The notes beneath the pieces were generated by a model. It was given only the letters and a program-made list of their open reading frames with translations. It was not told where the DNA came from and searched no databases. The translations under genes and the position numbers were made by a program. A DNA stretch of 64,000 bases, taken from the IMG/VR virus record IMGVR_UViG_3300047310_000715. One strand, given 5' to 3'. Below are positions 43,350-53,282 of the stretch, one piece after another. This DNA comes from a virus. Each line of letters starts with the position of its first letter. The first letter of the stretch is position 1.

Positions 43350-44030
43350 ATGAGCCTGAAGGACGCTTTCAACCGAGCCAACCCGAACCATCTCGCTGAC
43401 GAGTTCCGCACCGCAAAACTCGGCGACGTCCTGCGGTCCCTCTCGGTTCACCTCTACAAGCAGGCCCCCAGCGCGCCCGTGCCGCTCGACCAGATTGCCT
43501 CGACCCACACGCTCAAGCTCCCGAACGACGCGAAGGCGTGTCGGATTCATCGAGCGGTCGCGGTCGCGGGTTCCGGCACTCCTGCCGAGTTGGTGATCGA
43601 CACTCCCCCGATGACGAGCGCCACCGCCGCCGGTCACATCAACATCTCGGCCGCCGGCGACCTGACGTTCGCGTCCGCTGACGCCTGGACTCGCGTCGAC
43701 GTCGACTACTTGCCGGCCGTCATGGATACCGTAACGCTCACGCTCCCGGTCGTGACGAGTGATATTGCACTCCCGACATCCGTGACCGCGATCGGCGCCG
43801 TGATGTTGCTCCGGGCCGTTCTGACGGTCGGGACCGTGACGGGTGAGGGCAAAGTGATTGCGCCGGGTTCGCGCTCCAGCACGACCCTTCAGTGCAACCT
43901 CAACCTCGCGAAGGACACGGTTCAGTTCGTTTCCGCCGATGCCGTCACGCAAGCGACCATCACGCTCGGTCTCGTGCCCGGTACGAACCTCGATACGCTC
44001 CTGAAGGCTTCCGAAGGCGTCCTGACCTGA
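43350..44030 (+). CDS. Structural protein (possible decoration)
   Basis: GAGGAG RBS; Ala/Thr/Val-rich. Confidence 0.65.
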   Translation: MSLKDAFNRANPNHLADEFRTAKLGDVLRSLSVHLYKQAPSAPVPLDQIASTHTLKLPNDAKACRIHRAVAVAGSGTPAELVIDTPPMTSATAAGHINISAAGDLTFASADAWTRVDVDYLPAVMDTVTLTLPVVTSDIALPTSVTAIGAVMLLRAVLTVGTVTGEGKVIAPGSRSSTTLQCNLNLAKDTVQFVSADAVTQATITLGLVPGTNLDTLLKASEGVLT

Positions 44031-44096
44031 GAGGGTCTCGCGTGTTCGCCCCGCGGGGTCGGGGGATAAACGACCCCTGACCCCGTGGAGGAATCA

Positions 44097-44951
44097 ATGG
44101 CTGAAGAAGAAAAGCCGGTTGAGAAACCGGTCGAGAAGACGCTCGAAGAGAAACCGAAGGATCCCCCGAAGGCTTCCGAAGAGAAGCCGAAAGATCCGCC
44201 GAAAGCCGCGAAGGGTGACGACGACGATCTCGTCCCGGATGACGACGGCGTCTACAAGATCCCGCAGGCCCAGTTCCTCAAGCGGGTCGCCCAGATGTCG
44301 GCGAAGGAACTCCGCCGGATCTTCGGAACGAGCGATCTCGACAAGATCGCCGAAGAGCGCAAGGAAGCCCAGTCGCTCAAGAAGGCGAAAGAAGCCGCCG
44401 ACGCAAAGGCGGATGAAGAGCGCCGGGCGAAGCTCGACGAGGAGACGCGACTCAAGGAGGACCTCAAGAAGAAGGAGGACCGGATCGCGGAACTCGAGCG
44501 CCTCAATTCCGAGAAGGAAGAGGGGATGTTGGCCGATCGCCAGGAGCAGGTCCTGACGAAGATCGCCGCGAAGCTGTTCGAGGAAGACTACGTCGATGTC
44601 GCGCTCGACCGATTCCGTCGCCACGTCCGGGGGCTCTCAAGCTCGAAGGTCAGGGCGATGGACGAAGAAGATGTTTCGACCTGGTTCCGGCAGTACGCGG
44701 AGAAGCACCCGAAGATTGCGCGCGGGGCCGATTCGACCGAGACCGACGACGACAAGAAGAAGCGCGAGACGGCCGAGGCGGCCAAGAAACCGAAGGTGCC
44801 GCTCGATACGAAACCGAAGGACCGCAAGACCGCAACGTCTTCTCTCGACATGGGGAAGTTCGGCGGTAAGACCCCGCGGCCCGGTCAGCCGAACTCGATG
44901 AACAGCACCGAGCTCGCCGAGTACAAGCGGGCGCGCGGTATGTCCTGGTAA
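44097..44951 (+). CDS. Capsid scaffolding protein
   Basis: GGAGG RBS; highly charged E/K coiled coil directly upstream of capsid gene. Confidence 0.8.
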   Translation: MAEEEKPVEKPVEKTLEEKPKDPPKASEEKPKDPPKAAKGDDDDLVPDDDGVYKIPQAQFLKRVAQMSAKELRRIFGTSDLDKIAEERKEAQSLKKAKEAADAKADEERRAKLDEETRLKEDLKKKEDRIAELERLNSEKEEGMLADRQEQVLTKIAAKLFEEDYVDVALDRFRRHVRGLSSSKVRAMDEEDVSTWFRQYAEKHPKIARGADSTETDDDKKKRETAEAAKKPKVPLDTKPKDRKTATSSLDMGKFGGKTPRPGQPNSMNSTELAEYKRARGMSW

Positions 44952-44970
44952 CGAGGACGTCCTGATCCCC

Positions 44971-45006
44971 GGAGGGGCAAGCGATCGAGAGGTCGTTTGC
45001 CCCTTC
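44971..45006 (+). other. 16-bp hairpin with GAGA tetraloop in capsid leader
   Basis: GGAGGGGCAAGCGATC/GGTCGTTTGCCCCTTC fully paired allowing G-U; followed by TGCTTTT. Confidence 0.7.
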
Positions 45007-45187
45007 TGCTTTTGGGGGCGGCTTGCGCGGGCTCGGGACGAATGCCACGGTTCCGGTGTCCAGACGCGAACAGGCAGACCCAGTCCCCCAATACGCGCAC
45101 GACGGCGGTTAACGGTCGGTCCCGGGAGGAGTGGCAGAGGCCCAGTAGCGAAGGCTACCAGAACCCCCACCCGAAAGATCCATCCCA

Positions 45188-46597
45188 ATGGCCATCCAAG
45201 GCTCTATCGTCTCTGCCCTCCCGGAGGGCATTCAGTCGCTCATCCAAGAGGGGATGCTCGAGAGGGCATTCCACGACGGTCTTGTGCCGGCGCTCCAGTA
45301 CCGCGCCGAGGGTATGTTTCAGCGCTTCGAGGGTAACCTCGGCACCGAGAAGCTGGAGACCCGCCCGGGCCTTCTGCGCCCCAAGACAACCCCGCTCGTC
45401 GCGGGCGTCGACCCCAATCCCCAGGCCCTGACGTACGAGCAGTGGTACGCGCGCATCGACCAATACGGCGATTCGATCGACACCCACATGCCGACCAGCG
45501 CCGTTTCGATCGGCGACCAGTTCGGCCGGAACGTTCACCAACTCGGCATCCAGGCCGGTATGTCGGTCAACCGAATGGCCCGCAACGCGTTCTTCAAGCC
45601 CTACTTGGGAGGCTCGACGAACCTGATCGCCGCAACCGGTACCGGCGACACCACGATCCGGGTCGCGGCCCTCAACGGGTTCACGACCGTCATCGGTTCG
45701 ACGAACGCTCAGGTTCGCCCGGTTCCGATCGGTCCCTCCTCGCCGCTCTCGATCACGATCATGAACGGCGCGACCCCGATCGTCCGCAACGCGATCGGTT
45801 TCGCTCCCGACGACCCCACGGACCCGTTCGGGCCCGGTACCTTGACGCTCTCCGCGACCGTCGGGTCGGTCGTCGCGACCCGCTCGCCCGTGCTTTCGGC
45901 GCTCCGCCCGAAGATCCTCCGCAGCGGCGGTGGTGACTCGGTCGACGCGCTTTCAAGCTCGGACACGATCGCGCTTCAGGACGTCATCAATGCCTGCGCG
46001 GAACTCCGCCAGCGCAACGTGCCGCCCCACGAGGACGGGTTCTATCACGCTCACCTGTCGAGCCTGACGAACGCTCAAGTGTTCCAGGACCCGGTCTACC
46101 AGCGCCTTCAGCAATCGCTGCCCGAGAACGCCCCCTACAAGCAGGCGTACATCGGGACCGTCGCGGGCGTCTCGTTCTACATGAACACCGAGTCGCCTGA
46201 CTCGGGGAACTCCGGGACCCTGACCGGAACTTCGGCGAATGCGTTCTACGCGGCCGACATCGGCGCCGAAGTCGTCAACAACGGCGGCGTAAAGGTCGGA
46301 CGCGTGATCGTATGTGGCCGCGGCGCCCTCTACGAGCACGGGCTCGACGAGTCCGCCTACGTGAGCGAAGCGGGCGTCAACGGGAAGATCGGCGAGTTCG
46401 ACATCGTGAACAACGGCGTCCAGATCTCGACCGACCGTATCCGGCTGATCATCCGGGCTCCCGTGAACCGCATGCAGGACCTCGTCAGTTCGAGCTGGTC
46501 CATCACGGCCGGCTGGTCGGCCCCGACCGACTTCACCGCGCAGGGTGGCAGCGAGCTCTACAAGCGCGCTGTCGTGATTGAGCACGCATTGGGCTAG
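45188..46597 (+). CDS. Major capsid protein
   Basis: 469 aa after scaffold; N4-gp56-like features (IDQYGD.I, ALQDVINACAEL..NVPP..DGFY.A.L); followed by terminator. Confidence 0.85.
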   Translation: MAIQGSIVSALPEGIQSLIQEGMLERAFHDGLVPALQYRAEGMFQRFEGNLGTEKLETRPGLLRPKTTPLVAGVDPNPQALTYEQWYARIDQYGDSIDTHMPTSAVSIGDQFGRNVHQLGIQAGMSVNRMARNAFFKPYLGGSTNLIAATGTGDTTIRVAALNGFTTVIGSTNAQVRPVPIGPSSPLSITIMNGATPIVRNAIGFAPDDPTDPFGPGTLTLSATVGSVVATRSPVLSALRPKILRSGGGDSVDALSSSDTIALQDVINACAELRQRNVPPHEDGFYHAHLSSLTNAQVFQDPVYQRLQQSLPENAPYKQAYIGTVAGVSFYMNTESPDSGNSGTLTGTSANAFYAADIGAEVVNNGGVKVGRVIVCGRGALYEHGLDESAYVSEAGVNGKIGEFDIVNNGVQISTDRIRLIIRAPVNRMQDLVSSSWSITAGWSAPTDFTAQGGSELYKRAVVIEHALG

Positions 46598-46623
46598 CGC
46601 TTAGTCGCTTCCCGTAAGCCGCG

Positions 46624-46660
46624 AAGGGCCACCTGGTTTACGCCGGGTGGCCTTTTGCTT
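46624..46660 (+). terminator. Rho-independent terminator after capsid gene
   Basis: AAGGGCCACCTGG-TTTACG-CCGGGTGGCCTTT hairpin with TTTTGCTT tail. Confidence 0.8.
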
Positions 46661-46708
46661 GTCCGCCCTTCGCGGGGGCGGTAAAGGAACCGCGGAGGTA
46701 CAGACGAG

Positions 46709-47032
46709 ATGGCCAGATCAGCACCGAAGCCGCAGCAGGCCCAGCAGGCAGAATCCCAGATCCCCGGGGGAAGTTCGGGGGCACCGTTCGTCGAACACGA
46801 CTCGGCAACGATCCCGCTCGCGCCCCCCGACCTCGTCAGGGCCGCGCGCGAGGAACGCGAGCCCGATGAGCCCGTCGTACCGGTCGCCCGCTACCGGGTC
46901 CTTCAAGAACGTCGGATCATGCACCGCGGTTCCCTGACGATGCTGAAGCCCGGCAAGATCGTCGACGAGTCGAACTACCGGATCGAGGACCTCATCGGTC
47001 AGGGAGTTCAGCTCCAGAAGCTGGAGGAGTAG
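46709..47032 (+). CDS. Small head-associated protein
   Basis: GGAGG RBS; C-terminal YRVL..I.H.G..LKPG.IV motif. Confidence 0.65.
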   Translation: MARSAPKPQQAQQAESQIPGGSSGAPFVEHDSATIPLAPPDLVRAAREEREPDEPVVPVARYRVLQERRIMHRGSLTMLKPGKIVDESNYRIEDLIGQGVQLQKLEE

Positions 47033-47033
47033 G

Positions 47034-47444
47034 GTGGCGCTTTCGGAGGACGAACGGGTCCGGATTCGGCATCACCTCGGCTACCTCAACGTCGCGGAGG
47101 TCGCGACGTTCGTGTTAGGTGTCCCGGCGTCGGTCCAGACCCAGTTCATGATCGAGCCCGCGATGGACAAGATCCTGTTGCCGGCCGAGGCGAAGGCGCG
47201 ACAGCTCCTCGATCAACTCGACGCGGTCGAGTTCCAACTGTTCGACGACACCGAGACGCTCGTCGCAAGCAAGGTCGGGTCGATCGACCTGAACCCGGAC
47301 GAGTTCGAGAAGGTCATCCAGCGGTACGACTTCATCCGGAACGGGCTCGCCAACATCTTGGGTGTGATCCCGAACCCGTACGACAAGCGATTTTGGCAAT
47401 CCGGTGGGGGAGCGGTCGGCATCAACGTGCCGATCGTTCACTGA
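47034..47444 (+). CDS. Head-tail adaptor
   Basis: ALSEDERVRIRHHLGY N-terminus; position. Confidence 0.65.
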   Translation: MALSEDERVRIRHHLGYLNVAEVATFVLGVPASVQTQFMIEPAMDKILLPAEAKARQLLDQLDAVEFQLFDDTETLVASKVGSIDLNPDEFEKVIQRYDFIRNGLANILGVIPNPYDKRFWQSGGGAVGINVPIVH

Positions 47445-47447
47445 CGG

Positions 47448-47981
47448 ATGCCGAAGGTCGGACCGCTCCCGCCGGGTAAGGTCGGCCGAACCCTCATCGA
47501 CAAGCTCGTCGGGAAGGCCGACAAGATTCGTCAGCTCGCGACCAAGCTCGGGATCCGGCCATACCGGGTATTCTTGGTTCACTCGGGGTGGACGGGGGAG
47601 GAACGCGGCGAAGGACGCGAGCGCGAGCTCAGCCGGGTAGAGCTGCTCCCGACCCCGCGCGTCAGCCCGCTCGACGCGGTCTCGCGGGTACCGTTCCACG
47701 CCGGCGCGTACCCGGTCGGATCCATCCGGGTCGACGAGATCTCGATGCGGTACACGGAGGACCAGCTCAATGGGCTCGGATACCCGCGCACGGGCGCGGA
47801 CGAAGTTCCGGAGCGGTTCGACTTCTGGTACGAGCTCGTCGAGGACGGTCGCTCTGGGGGGCCGGTTCGACCGCAGAAGTACCGGATCCTGGGGCAGCCG
47901 TTCCGGAATGCCGAGCAGGTCTTTTGGGCGGTCGCACTCGAGAGAATCTCGGACGACCCACCGGCGCGTCAGCTGCCTTAG
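47448..47981 (+). CDS. Head closure / neck protein
   Basis: Position; LGIRPYRVFLV..LPTPRV..G.I.V..IS pattern. Confidence 0.6.
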   Translation: MPKVGPLPPGKVGRTLIDKLVGKADKIRQLATKLGIRPYRVFLVHSGWTGEERGEGRERELSRVELLPTPRVSPLDAVSRVPFHAGAYPVGSIRVDEISMRYTEDQLNGLGYPRTGADEVPERFDFWYELVEDGRSGGPVRPQKYRILGQPFRNAEQVFWAVALERISDDPPARQLP

Positions 47982-48187
47982 CTGGTGAGCCAGCGCTGGA
48001 CGGCACCGCCGGCGCGCGCCGCGCCCGAGATAGCCGCGAACAAGACCATCACGAGCACGATCCCGAACCAGACCGACGCCTGAAGGACCAGGAGCGGTCG
48101 GTCCCACCGCCCGTGCTCCACGAGGTCAGCATCCCAGTGTTGGTAGAACCCAAACGCGGCCGCGACGTAAACGATTAGCGTAACCAT
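47978..48187 (-). CDS. Two-TM small protein, antisense within neck operon
   Basis: MVTLIVYVAAAFGFY and LLVLQASVWFGIVLVMVLFAAI; fills the gap exactly. Confidence 0.6.
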   Translation of the reverse strand: MVTLIVYVAAAFGFYQHWDADLVEHGRWDRPLLVLQASVWFGIVLVMVLFAAISGAARAGGAVQRWLTS

Positions 48188-48197
48188 CGTTGAACCG

Positions 48198-48773
48198 ATG
48201 GCGCGGGGCCGCCAAGCTTCCGGCATGCCCTCGACCGTTATCCCGATCGAAGAGGCCGGCGCCTGGGCGGCCGGGATCGGGCGCGCGATGCCGGATGCGG
48301 CCCGGCGGGGACTCTTGGCGGCCGCTTACCGAATCGTAGGGGCGATCAAAACCCTCGACCTCCCGCTCGACCGCGGAACCGCGCGAGCCGGGTGGCGAGC
48401 CGAACAGGTTCCGGCGGGAGCCGCGATCTTCAATACGGTCCTGGAGGCGGTCCTGATGGAAGGTGGGGTCAGGCCCCAAAACATCAAGATCGGTCGGAAG
48501 ATGATCGATGCCCTCGCGGAGTGGGCCCGCCGAAAGGGCATTGGGTCTCAGCGAAACCAGACCGCGTCCGGCAGGGTCACGAAGGGCCGGCCTGCTGATG
48601 AACTGTACCGGTCGGTCGCGTGGGCGATCGCGACCAAGATGAAGCGGACCGGCATCTTCCACCCCGAGAAGGGGGGCCTCCAGCCGCTCGCCAAAACGAC
48701 TCGTCGACTCGGTCCCCAGTACATTCGCGAAGAGGTCGCGCGCGAGCTCCGCCGGGCCTTCGGGGCAACCTGA
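48198..48773 (+). CDS. Neck protein (HK97 gp10-like)
   Basis: PLDRGTARAGW..E.G..P..I..ALAEWARRKG..AWAIA..MKR.G pattern. Confidence 0.7.
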   Translation: MARGRQASGMPSTVIPIEEAGAWAAGIGRAMPDAARRGLLAAAYRIVGAIKTLDLPLDRGTARAGWRAEQVPAGAAIFNTVLEAVLMEGGVRPQNIKIGRKMIDALAEWARRKGIGSQRNQTASGRVTKGRPADELYRSVAWAIATKMKRTGIFHPEKGGLQPLAKTTRRLGPQYIREEVARELRRAFGAT

Positions 48774-49480
48774 TGAGTACCCGCGAACGAGCCCACGACC
48801 TGATGAACGGCGCGACGCCCAACACGGCGCCGTGGCCGGCCCGCCCCGAGGTAGCGCTTCAGGCGGTCGACGGCCGTACGGTCGCGCTCAGGATCCTGGC
48901 CCGCTACATCTCGGAGCTCATCTTTCAGCTCCCGGGTGACAAGGGATCGCCCGTCACGATCCCGTACCGGATCAAACCGGAGGACGTCCACATCGAGCAG
49001 CCCGACAACGTCGACAAGCTCCGGTTCCCGTCGATCGTATTCTTGCCGGGTGCGGGTGAATACCAGCCGGTCGGTCTGACCCCCTACGTGGTTGAGTCGA
49101 CGCGAGACGAGGAACGGAAGGACTGTGCGCTCCAGGTGATGGGGGAGTACTTCGAGGCCTTTACGGTCGAGTGCTGGGCCGACTCGATGCCGCTCCGGCG
49201 GTCACTCGTCGCGGCACTCGAGGACGCGTTCGTCCCGTCGGAAGCGATCTACGGGCTCCGGTTCCGGATGCCCGACTACCACGACCAAACGGTCTGTTTC
49301 ACGCTCGCGACCTCAATGCGGCCCGACGACCCGGATGCGGTCCGGAACCGGCGCTGGGCCCACCTGGGGCTCGAGATGAGGTTCGAGGTCGTCAAACTGG
49401 TTCCGGTCGAGGGGTTCCGACCCGAAGTCGAGGTCGGGACATTCGAGTTTGGCCTCGGGGGTCCCGACTCGGACGTTTGA
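48773..49480 (+). CDS. Tail completion/terminator protein
   Basis: TGATG coupling; directly upstream of sheath. Confidence 0.6.
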   Translation: MSTRERAHDLMNGATPNTAPWPARPEVALQAVDGRTVALRILARYISELIFQLPGDKGSPVTIPYRIKPEDVHIEQPDNVDKLRFPSIVFLPGAGEYQPVGLTPYVVESTRDEERKDCALQVMGEYFEAFTVECWADSMPLRRSLVAALEDAFVPSEAIYGLRFRMPDYHDQTVCFTLATSMRPDDPDAVRNRRWAHLGLEMRFEVVKLVPVEGFRPEVEVGTFEFGLGGPDSDV

Positions 49481-49532
49481 AGCCTGGGAGCGTGCGTGCC
49501 ACGATTCGATCGCGCGCGAGGGAAACCGAACC

Positions 49533-51734
49533 ATGGCGAACTTCATCAGGCGTTTTACGACCGATCCCGGCAACGATATCCTGCTGAACATCGAGTCGGT
49601 CAACGTGATCGACCGGGATCCGCCGGCCGCCATCACGGGGGTCGGGACCGGCACCGCGATGCTGGTGGGGGAGTTCGAAAACGGACCCTTCAATCTCGCG
49701 ACCGAGATCACGGGCGCCGAGGACATGCAGCAGACGTTCGGATCACTCGGCTACACGTACGGGGGAACGACCGGCCAGAATCCGTCGGCCCGCACCCGCA
49801 ATGCCGACTCGGCCGTCGCACCCGAATACTGGAACGGCAACGGAGCCGTTCAGCTCTCGGGGAAGCGATTCAGCCGACTCGTGCTCGTTCGGGTCGACAC
49901 GAGCGTTGGGAGCGTCAGCTTTTCGCGGCTCGGCTCGTCCACAGGAGTCGCGAAGCCGAGCTACCAGATCACGACGGCCGACACGCTCTCGTTCAAGATC
50001 AACGGCGCCGGCGCCGTAACCGCGACTTTCACGGCCGTCGCGGCCGTCACGACCGGAGCATCGGCCACCTACGCGATCGTCGGGGGCGAGACCGTCACGC
50101 TCCAGTACGACTCAGCGCCGGCCTTCACCGTCACGTTCCTCTCGACCGACACGACCCAGGCCGCCGTGATCGCGCGGATTAACCAGTACGCGGGTTTCAC
50201 GTACGCGTCGACCTCAACCACCGAAGTTCGGCTGACGTCCCGCCAAAAGGGCAGCGGCGCAAAGAACGTCGTCGTCGGGTTCGACACCGGTGCGACCGCG
50301 GCGAAGCTCGGCCTGACGGCCGGCACGGTCAGTGGGTCCGGGAACGTAGCGAACTCGAACGCCGTGACGTTCGCGGAGCTGAAGCTGATCGTCGAAACCG
50401 CCCTAACGGGTACGACGATGGACCAGACTTCGAGCGGCGCACCGCGCCTCTCGAGCAACACGGCCCTCACGGGGACCGTCGAACTCAGTACGCCGACGAC
50501 CGCGACCGACTTCGGGTTTTCGGCCGGCGTCGGCACCGCCGTAACGGGTGACGCTGGGAAGATCCCGGCCGGGACGGTCGTCAAAACGAGCGGTCCGGTC
50601 AAATACGTCACGATGCAGGACGTCGCCGTGACGGCGGCATCGGCCGGACCCTACACGGTCAAGGTGCGGCACGCGACCGACGACGGGACCGGTACGGCAT
50701 CGATCGCCGGCTCCATCACGCTCGTCGACTCGGTTTCGCCGATCGACCTCGCGGCGTTCTCCGTTATCAACCTCACGCCGACCGTCGCGGCCCTGACGGA
50801 ATCCCAGATCGACGCCGCGTACTCGGCTGCGTTCGACGCGACCCTCGACATCAACACGGTCGCGAAGGTCATCAACGTTGCGTGGTCGGCTCGTCAGTCG
50901 AACTCGGTGCGCCGCAAGGGCAAGGACAACGCACTCAGCGCGAGTGCAAACGGCTGTTTCGGCCGCATGTTCCTCGCGCGGTCCCCGATGGCACTCGCGA
51001 AGGCAATCGCGAAGGGCACCTCTGAACCGGGCGTTGGCCCGTACCGGGATCAGCGGGTCGTCTACTGCTACCCGAACGCTCGCACGAACGTACCCGGGAT
51101 CGCACGCCTCGGACTCTCGGGCGGCACTGGCTTCACGGTCGATGGCAACGTCGACGTGGGGGCCGACGGGTTCCTCGCGAGCGTTCTGAGCCAGCTCCCG
51201 CCGGAGGAAAACCCCGGCCAGGACGCGGGGCTCCTCGGGAACATCATCGGGATCGAGTCGGGGCTCTCGTCTCAATCCCTAACGATGTCGGACTACATCG
51301 CGTTCAAGGCCGCCGGTATCTGCGCGCTCCGGATGGACGCCGGCACCGCGAGCTTTCAGTCGGGCGTGACGTCGGTCGATCCGCTCGCGTACCCGAACCT
51401 GAAGAACATCGCGCGTCGCCGGATGGCGGACTTCATCCAAGATACGCTCGCGAACCGCATCACGGGCTTCGGGAAAAAGCTCTCGACGATCCGTCGCCGC
51501 AAGGCTCTTTTGGCCGAGGTTCGCGGATTCCTGAAGGGGCTCTTGTCGCCGGACGATCTCGCGAGTCAGCGGATCGCGGCGTTCTCGGCTTCCGACAAGC
51601 AGGGCAACACGCCGACGACGCTCGGCCAGGGCCTCTATCGGGTCAAGGTCGCGGTCACGACGATCTCGTCACTCGATTCGATCGTGCTCGATACGACGAT
51701 CGGCGAAACCGTCGACGTAACGGAAGCCGCGTAA
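49533..51734 (+). CDS. Contractile tail sheath protein
   Basis: GVGTGTAMLVGEFENGP N-terminus; FQSGVT..NIARRRMADFI and conserved sheath C-terminus. Confidence 0.9.
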   Translation: MANFIRRFTTDPGNDILLNIESVNVIDRDPPAAITGVGTGTAMLVGEFENGPFNLATEITGAEDMQQTFGSLGYTYGGTTGQNPSARTRNADSAVAPEYWNGNGAVQLSGKRFSRLVLVRVDTSVGSVSFSRLGSSTGVAKPSYQITTADTLSFKINGAGAVTATFTAVAAVTTGASATYAIVGGETVTLQYDSAPAFTVTFLSTDTTQAAVIARINQYAGFTYASTSTTEVRLTSRQKGSGAKNVVVGFDTGATAAKLGLTAGTVSGSGNVANSNAVTFAELKLIVETALTGTTMDQTSSGAPRLSSNTALTGTVELSTPTTATDFGFSAGVGTAVTGDAGKIPAGTVVKTSGPVKYVTMQDVAVTAASAGPYTVKVRHATDDGTGTASIAGSITLVDSVSPIDLAAFSVINLTPTVAALTESQIDAAYSAAFDATLDINTVAKVINVAWSARQSNSVRRKGKDNALSASANGCFGRMFLARSPMALAKAIAKGTSEPGVGPYRDQRVVYCYPNARTNVPGIARLGLSGGTGFTVDGNVDVGADGFLASVLSQLPPEENPGQDAGLLGNIIGIESGLSSQSLTMSDYIAFKAAGICALRMDAGTASFQSGVTSVDPLAYPNLKNIARRRMADFIQDTLANRITGFGKKLSTIRRRKALLAEVRGFLKGLLSPDDLASQRIAAFSASDKQGNTPTTLGQGLYRVKVAVTTISSLDSIVLDTTIGETVDVTEAA

Positions 51735-51768
51735 GCGACAGGGAAGCGAAGAAGGAAGGAACCGGACA

Positions 51769-52209
51769 ATGCCGACCCCGCAGAGGATCAAGGGCCAAGA
51801 GGTCGTGATCAACATCGTTTCGGATGGGGTCCTCGAGGACACGTTGAACTCGATCAGTGAGTTCAACGACGAGGACATGCTCGAGATCAAACAACTCGGG
51901 TACCTGGGCGAGGTCAGCAACCGCGGCGACTCGATCTACAACGGGACGAAGTTCGACCTCTCGCTTCACCTTCAGAGCCAGGAGTGGTTCCGGTTCAAGC
52001 AAAAGGTGATCGCGAAGGCTCAGCGAACGCTTCCGGACCTCGTCTTCAACGTCACCGTCACGTACTTTTTTCCGAACGGCGATACCCCGACCGTCACGTA
52101 CGCGGACGTATCGTGGGGCCCGATCCCGAAGAACGTCGCGAGCCGCGGCGACTACGTGAAGGCCAAGATGGAGGGTTTCGTCAGCTCGGTTGACGAGAAC
52201 CTCGTTTGA
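51769..52209 (+). CDS. Tail tube protein
   Basis: AGGAAGG RBS; 146 aa after sheath; RIKGQEV N-terminus. Confidence 0.8.
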   Translation: MPTPQRIKGQEVVINIVSDGVLEDTLNSISEFNDEDMLEIKQLGYLGEVSNRGDSIYNGTKFDLSLHLQSQEWFRFKQKVIAKAQRTLPDLVFNVTVTYFFPNGDTPTVTYADVSWGPIPKNVASRGDYVKAKMEGFVSSVDENLV

Positions 52210-52218
52210 TCCCGGGGG

Positions 52219-52239
52219 CCGGAGCCCGACGGGCTCCGG
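52219..52239 (+). other. GC hairpin after tail tube gene
   Basis: CCGGAGCCC-GAC-GGGCTCCGG; no U-tract. Confidence 0.5.
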
Positions 52240-52335
52240 TAGTGGAGGACGCAACGCGCGACGGGCCTCTGGTTCCCGTACCCCTTCGGGAGTACCTCCA
52301 CCGGGAACTGGGGGCCCGGCCAAGTGGAGGCCGCC

Positions 52336-52953
52336 GTGAGAGAACATAAGAAGCCCGGACCGGGCACGATGAAGGACCTCGCCGACAAGGTGAGGGAACG
52401 GCCGGCAACGCCGGAAGAAGAGCAGGAGCTTCAGGAGCTCGATGGGGACGACGATACCCCGCAGGTGCTGCCAGGGCGGCTCCAGAGCTCGGAAGCGGTC
52501 GGGATGCCGGACTGGGTCAGGATCCCGGCTGACCTCCCGATTCCGCCCGCTGGTGTCACGATGACGGCAATGCGGTTCGAACCCGAGTGGACCGACCGGC
52601 CCGCGCTCGGGGAGCGGCAGTGCATCGTCTGGAACCTTTCGGTTGGGGACGAGAAGTTCTCGCGCCGGCGCGCGAAGGGGGATCCGGACGGCGTGATGGA
52701 CGAGCAGGCCAAACAGATGATCCGGGCGATCGACGGCCAGGTCGTGAACTGGGGACTCGATACGGCCCCCAATAGCCCGAACCGTTTCTGGGACGAGATC
52801 GGCAAGAAGTGCCGGCTCTTGATCCTGAACCACTACATGAAGGTCCACACGCTCGGGCAGGACGAGAAGCTGCATTTTTTAGGGAATTGCCTCGCTGTCA
52901 GGACGGTCGGTCCTTCGCCGAGGCAGCAGACCCCTCGGGGGCGTGGCCGCTAG
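52336..52953 (+). CDS. Tail assembly chaperone (G)
   Basis: GGAGG RBS; between tube and tape measure; contains in-phase slippery site. Confidence 0.8.
   Translation: MREHKKPGPGTMKDLADKVRERPATPEEEQELQELDGDDDTPQVLPGRLQSSEAVGMPDWVRIPADLPIPPAGVTMTAMRFEPEWTDRPALGERQCIVWNLSVGDEKFSRRRAKGDPDGVMDEQAKQMIRAIDGQVVNWGLDTAPNSPNRFWDEIGKKCRLLILNHYMKVHTLGQDEKLHFLGNCLAVRTVGPSPRQQTPRGRGR
52875..52925 (+). promoter_or_regulatory. -1 programmed ribosomal frameshift signal
   Basis: T TTT TTA in phase at 52875-81; 6-nt spacer; stem TGCCTCG/CGAGGCA with inner AGGAC/GTCCT hairpin. Confidence 0.85.
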
Positions 52954-53282
52954 ACCCCGACACGCTCGACGATATCCTGGACGCGATCTTCGTTCCGGGG
53001 GCACACGACCAGTCGTTCGCGTCGGACCGGCACCGCCATACGGCGCGGTCCCGGCGCGTCTTCTGCTGCCTTTGGCCGCTCCACGTCAGCATCGATCCGG
53101 AGGAACAGGAGCAGGATCGCCGGCGAATGTTCTCCTACATGGCCCGGTACGGTCGCCAGAGTCTGCTCGACCGCGACTGGCAGGACGAAGACCTTGAGGA
53201 GTTCAAGGCCAAGTACCACGATCTGGCGGAGGTGATCCGGCTCGAAAGCCAGGTCGGAAGGAAAGAAGAAGACCATGGCTGA
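52881..53282 (+). CDS. Frameshifted C-terminal part of tail chaperone (G-T)
   Basis: -1 frame open from slippery site to 53282, overlapping the tape measure start. Confidence 0.8.
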   Translation, partial: RELPRCQDGRSFAEAADPSGAWPLDPDTLDDILDAIFVPGAHDQSFASDRHRHTARSRRVFCCLWPLHVSIDPEEQEQDRRRMFSYMARYGRQSLLDRDWQDEDLEEFKAKYHDLAEVIRLESQVGRKEEDHG

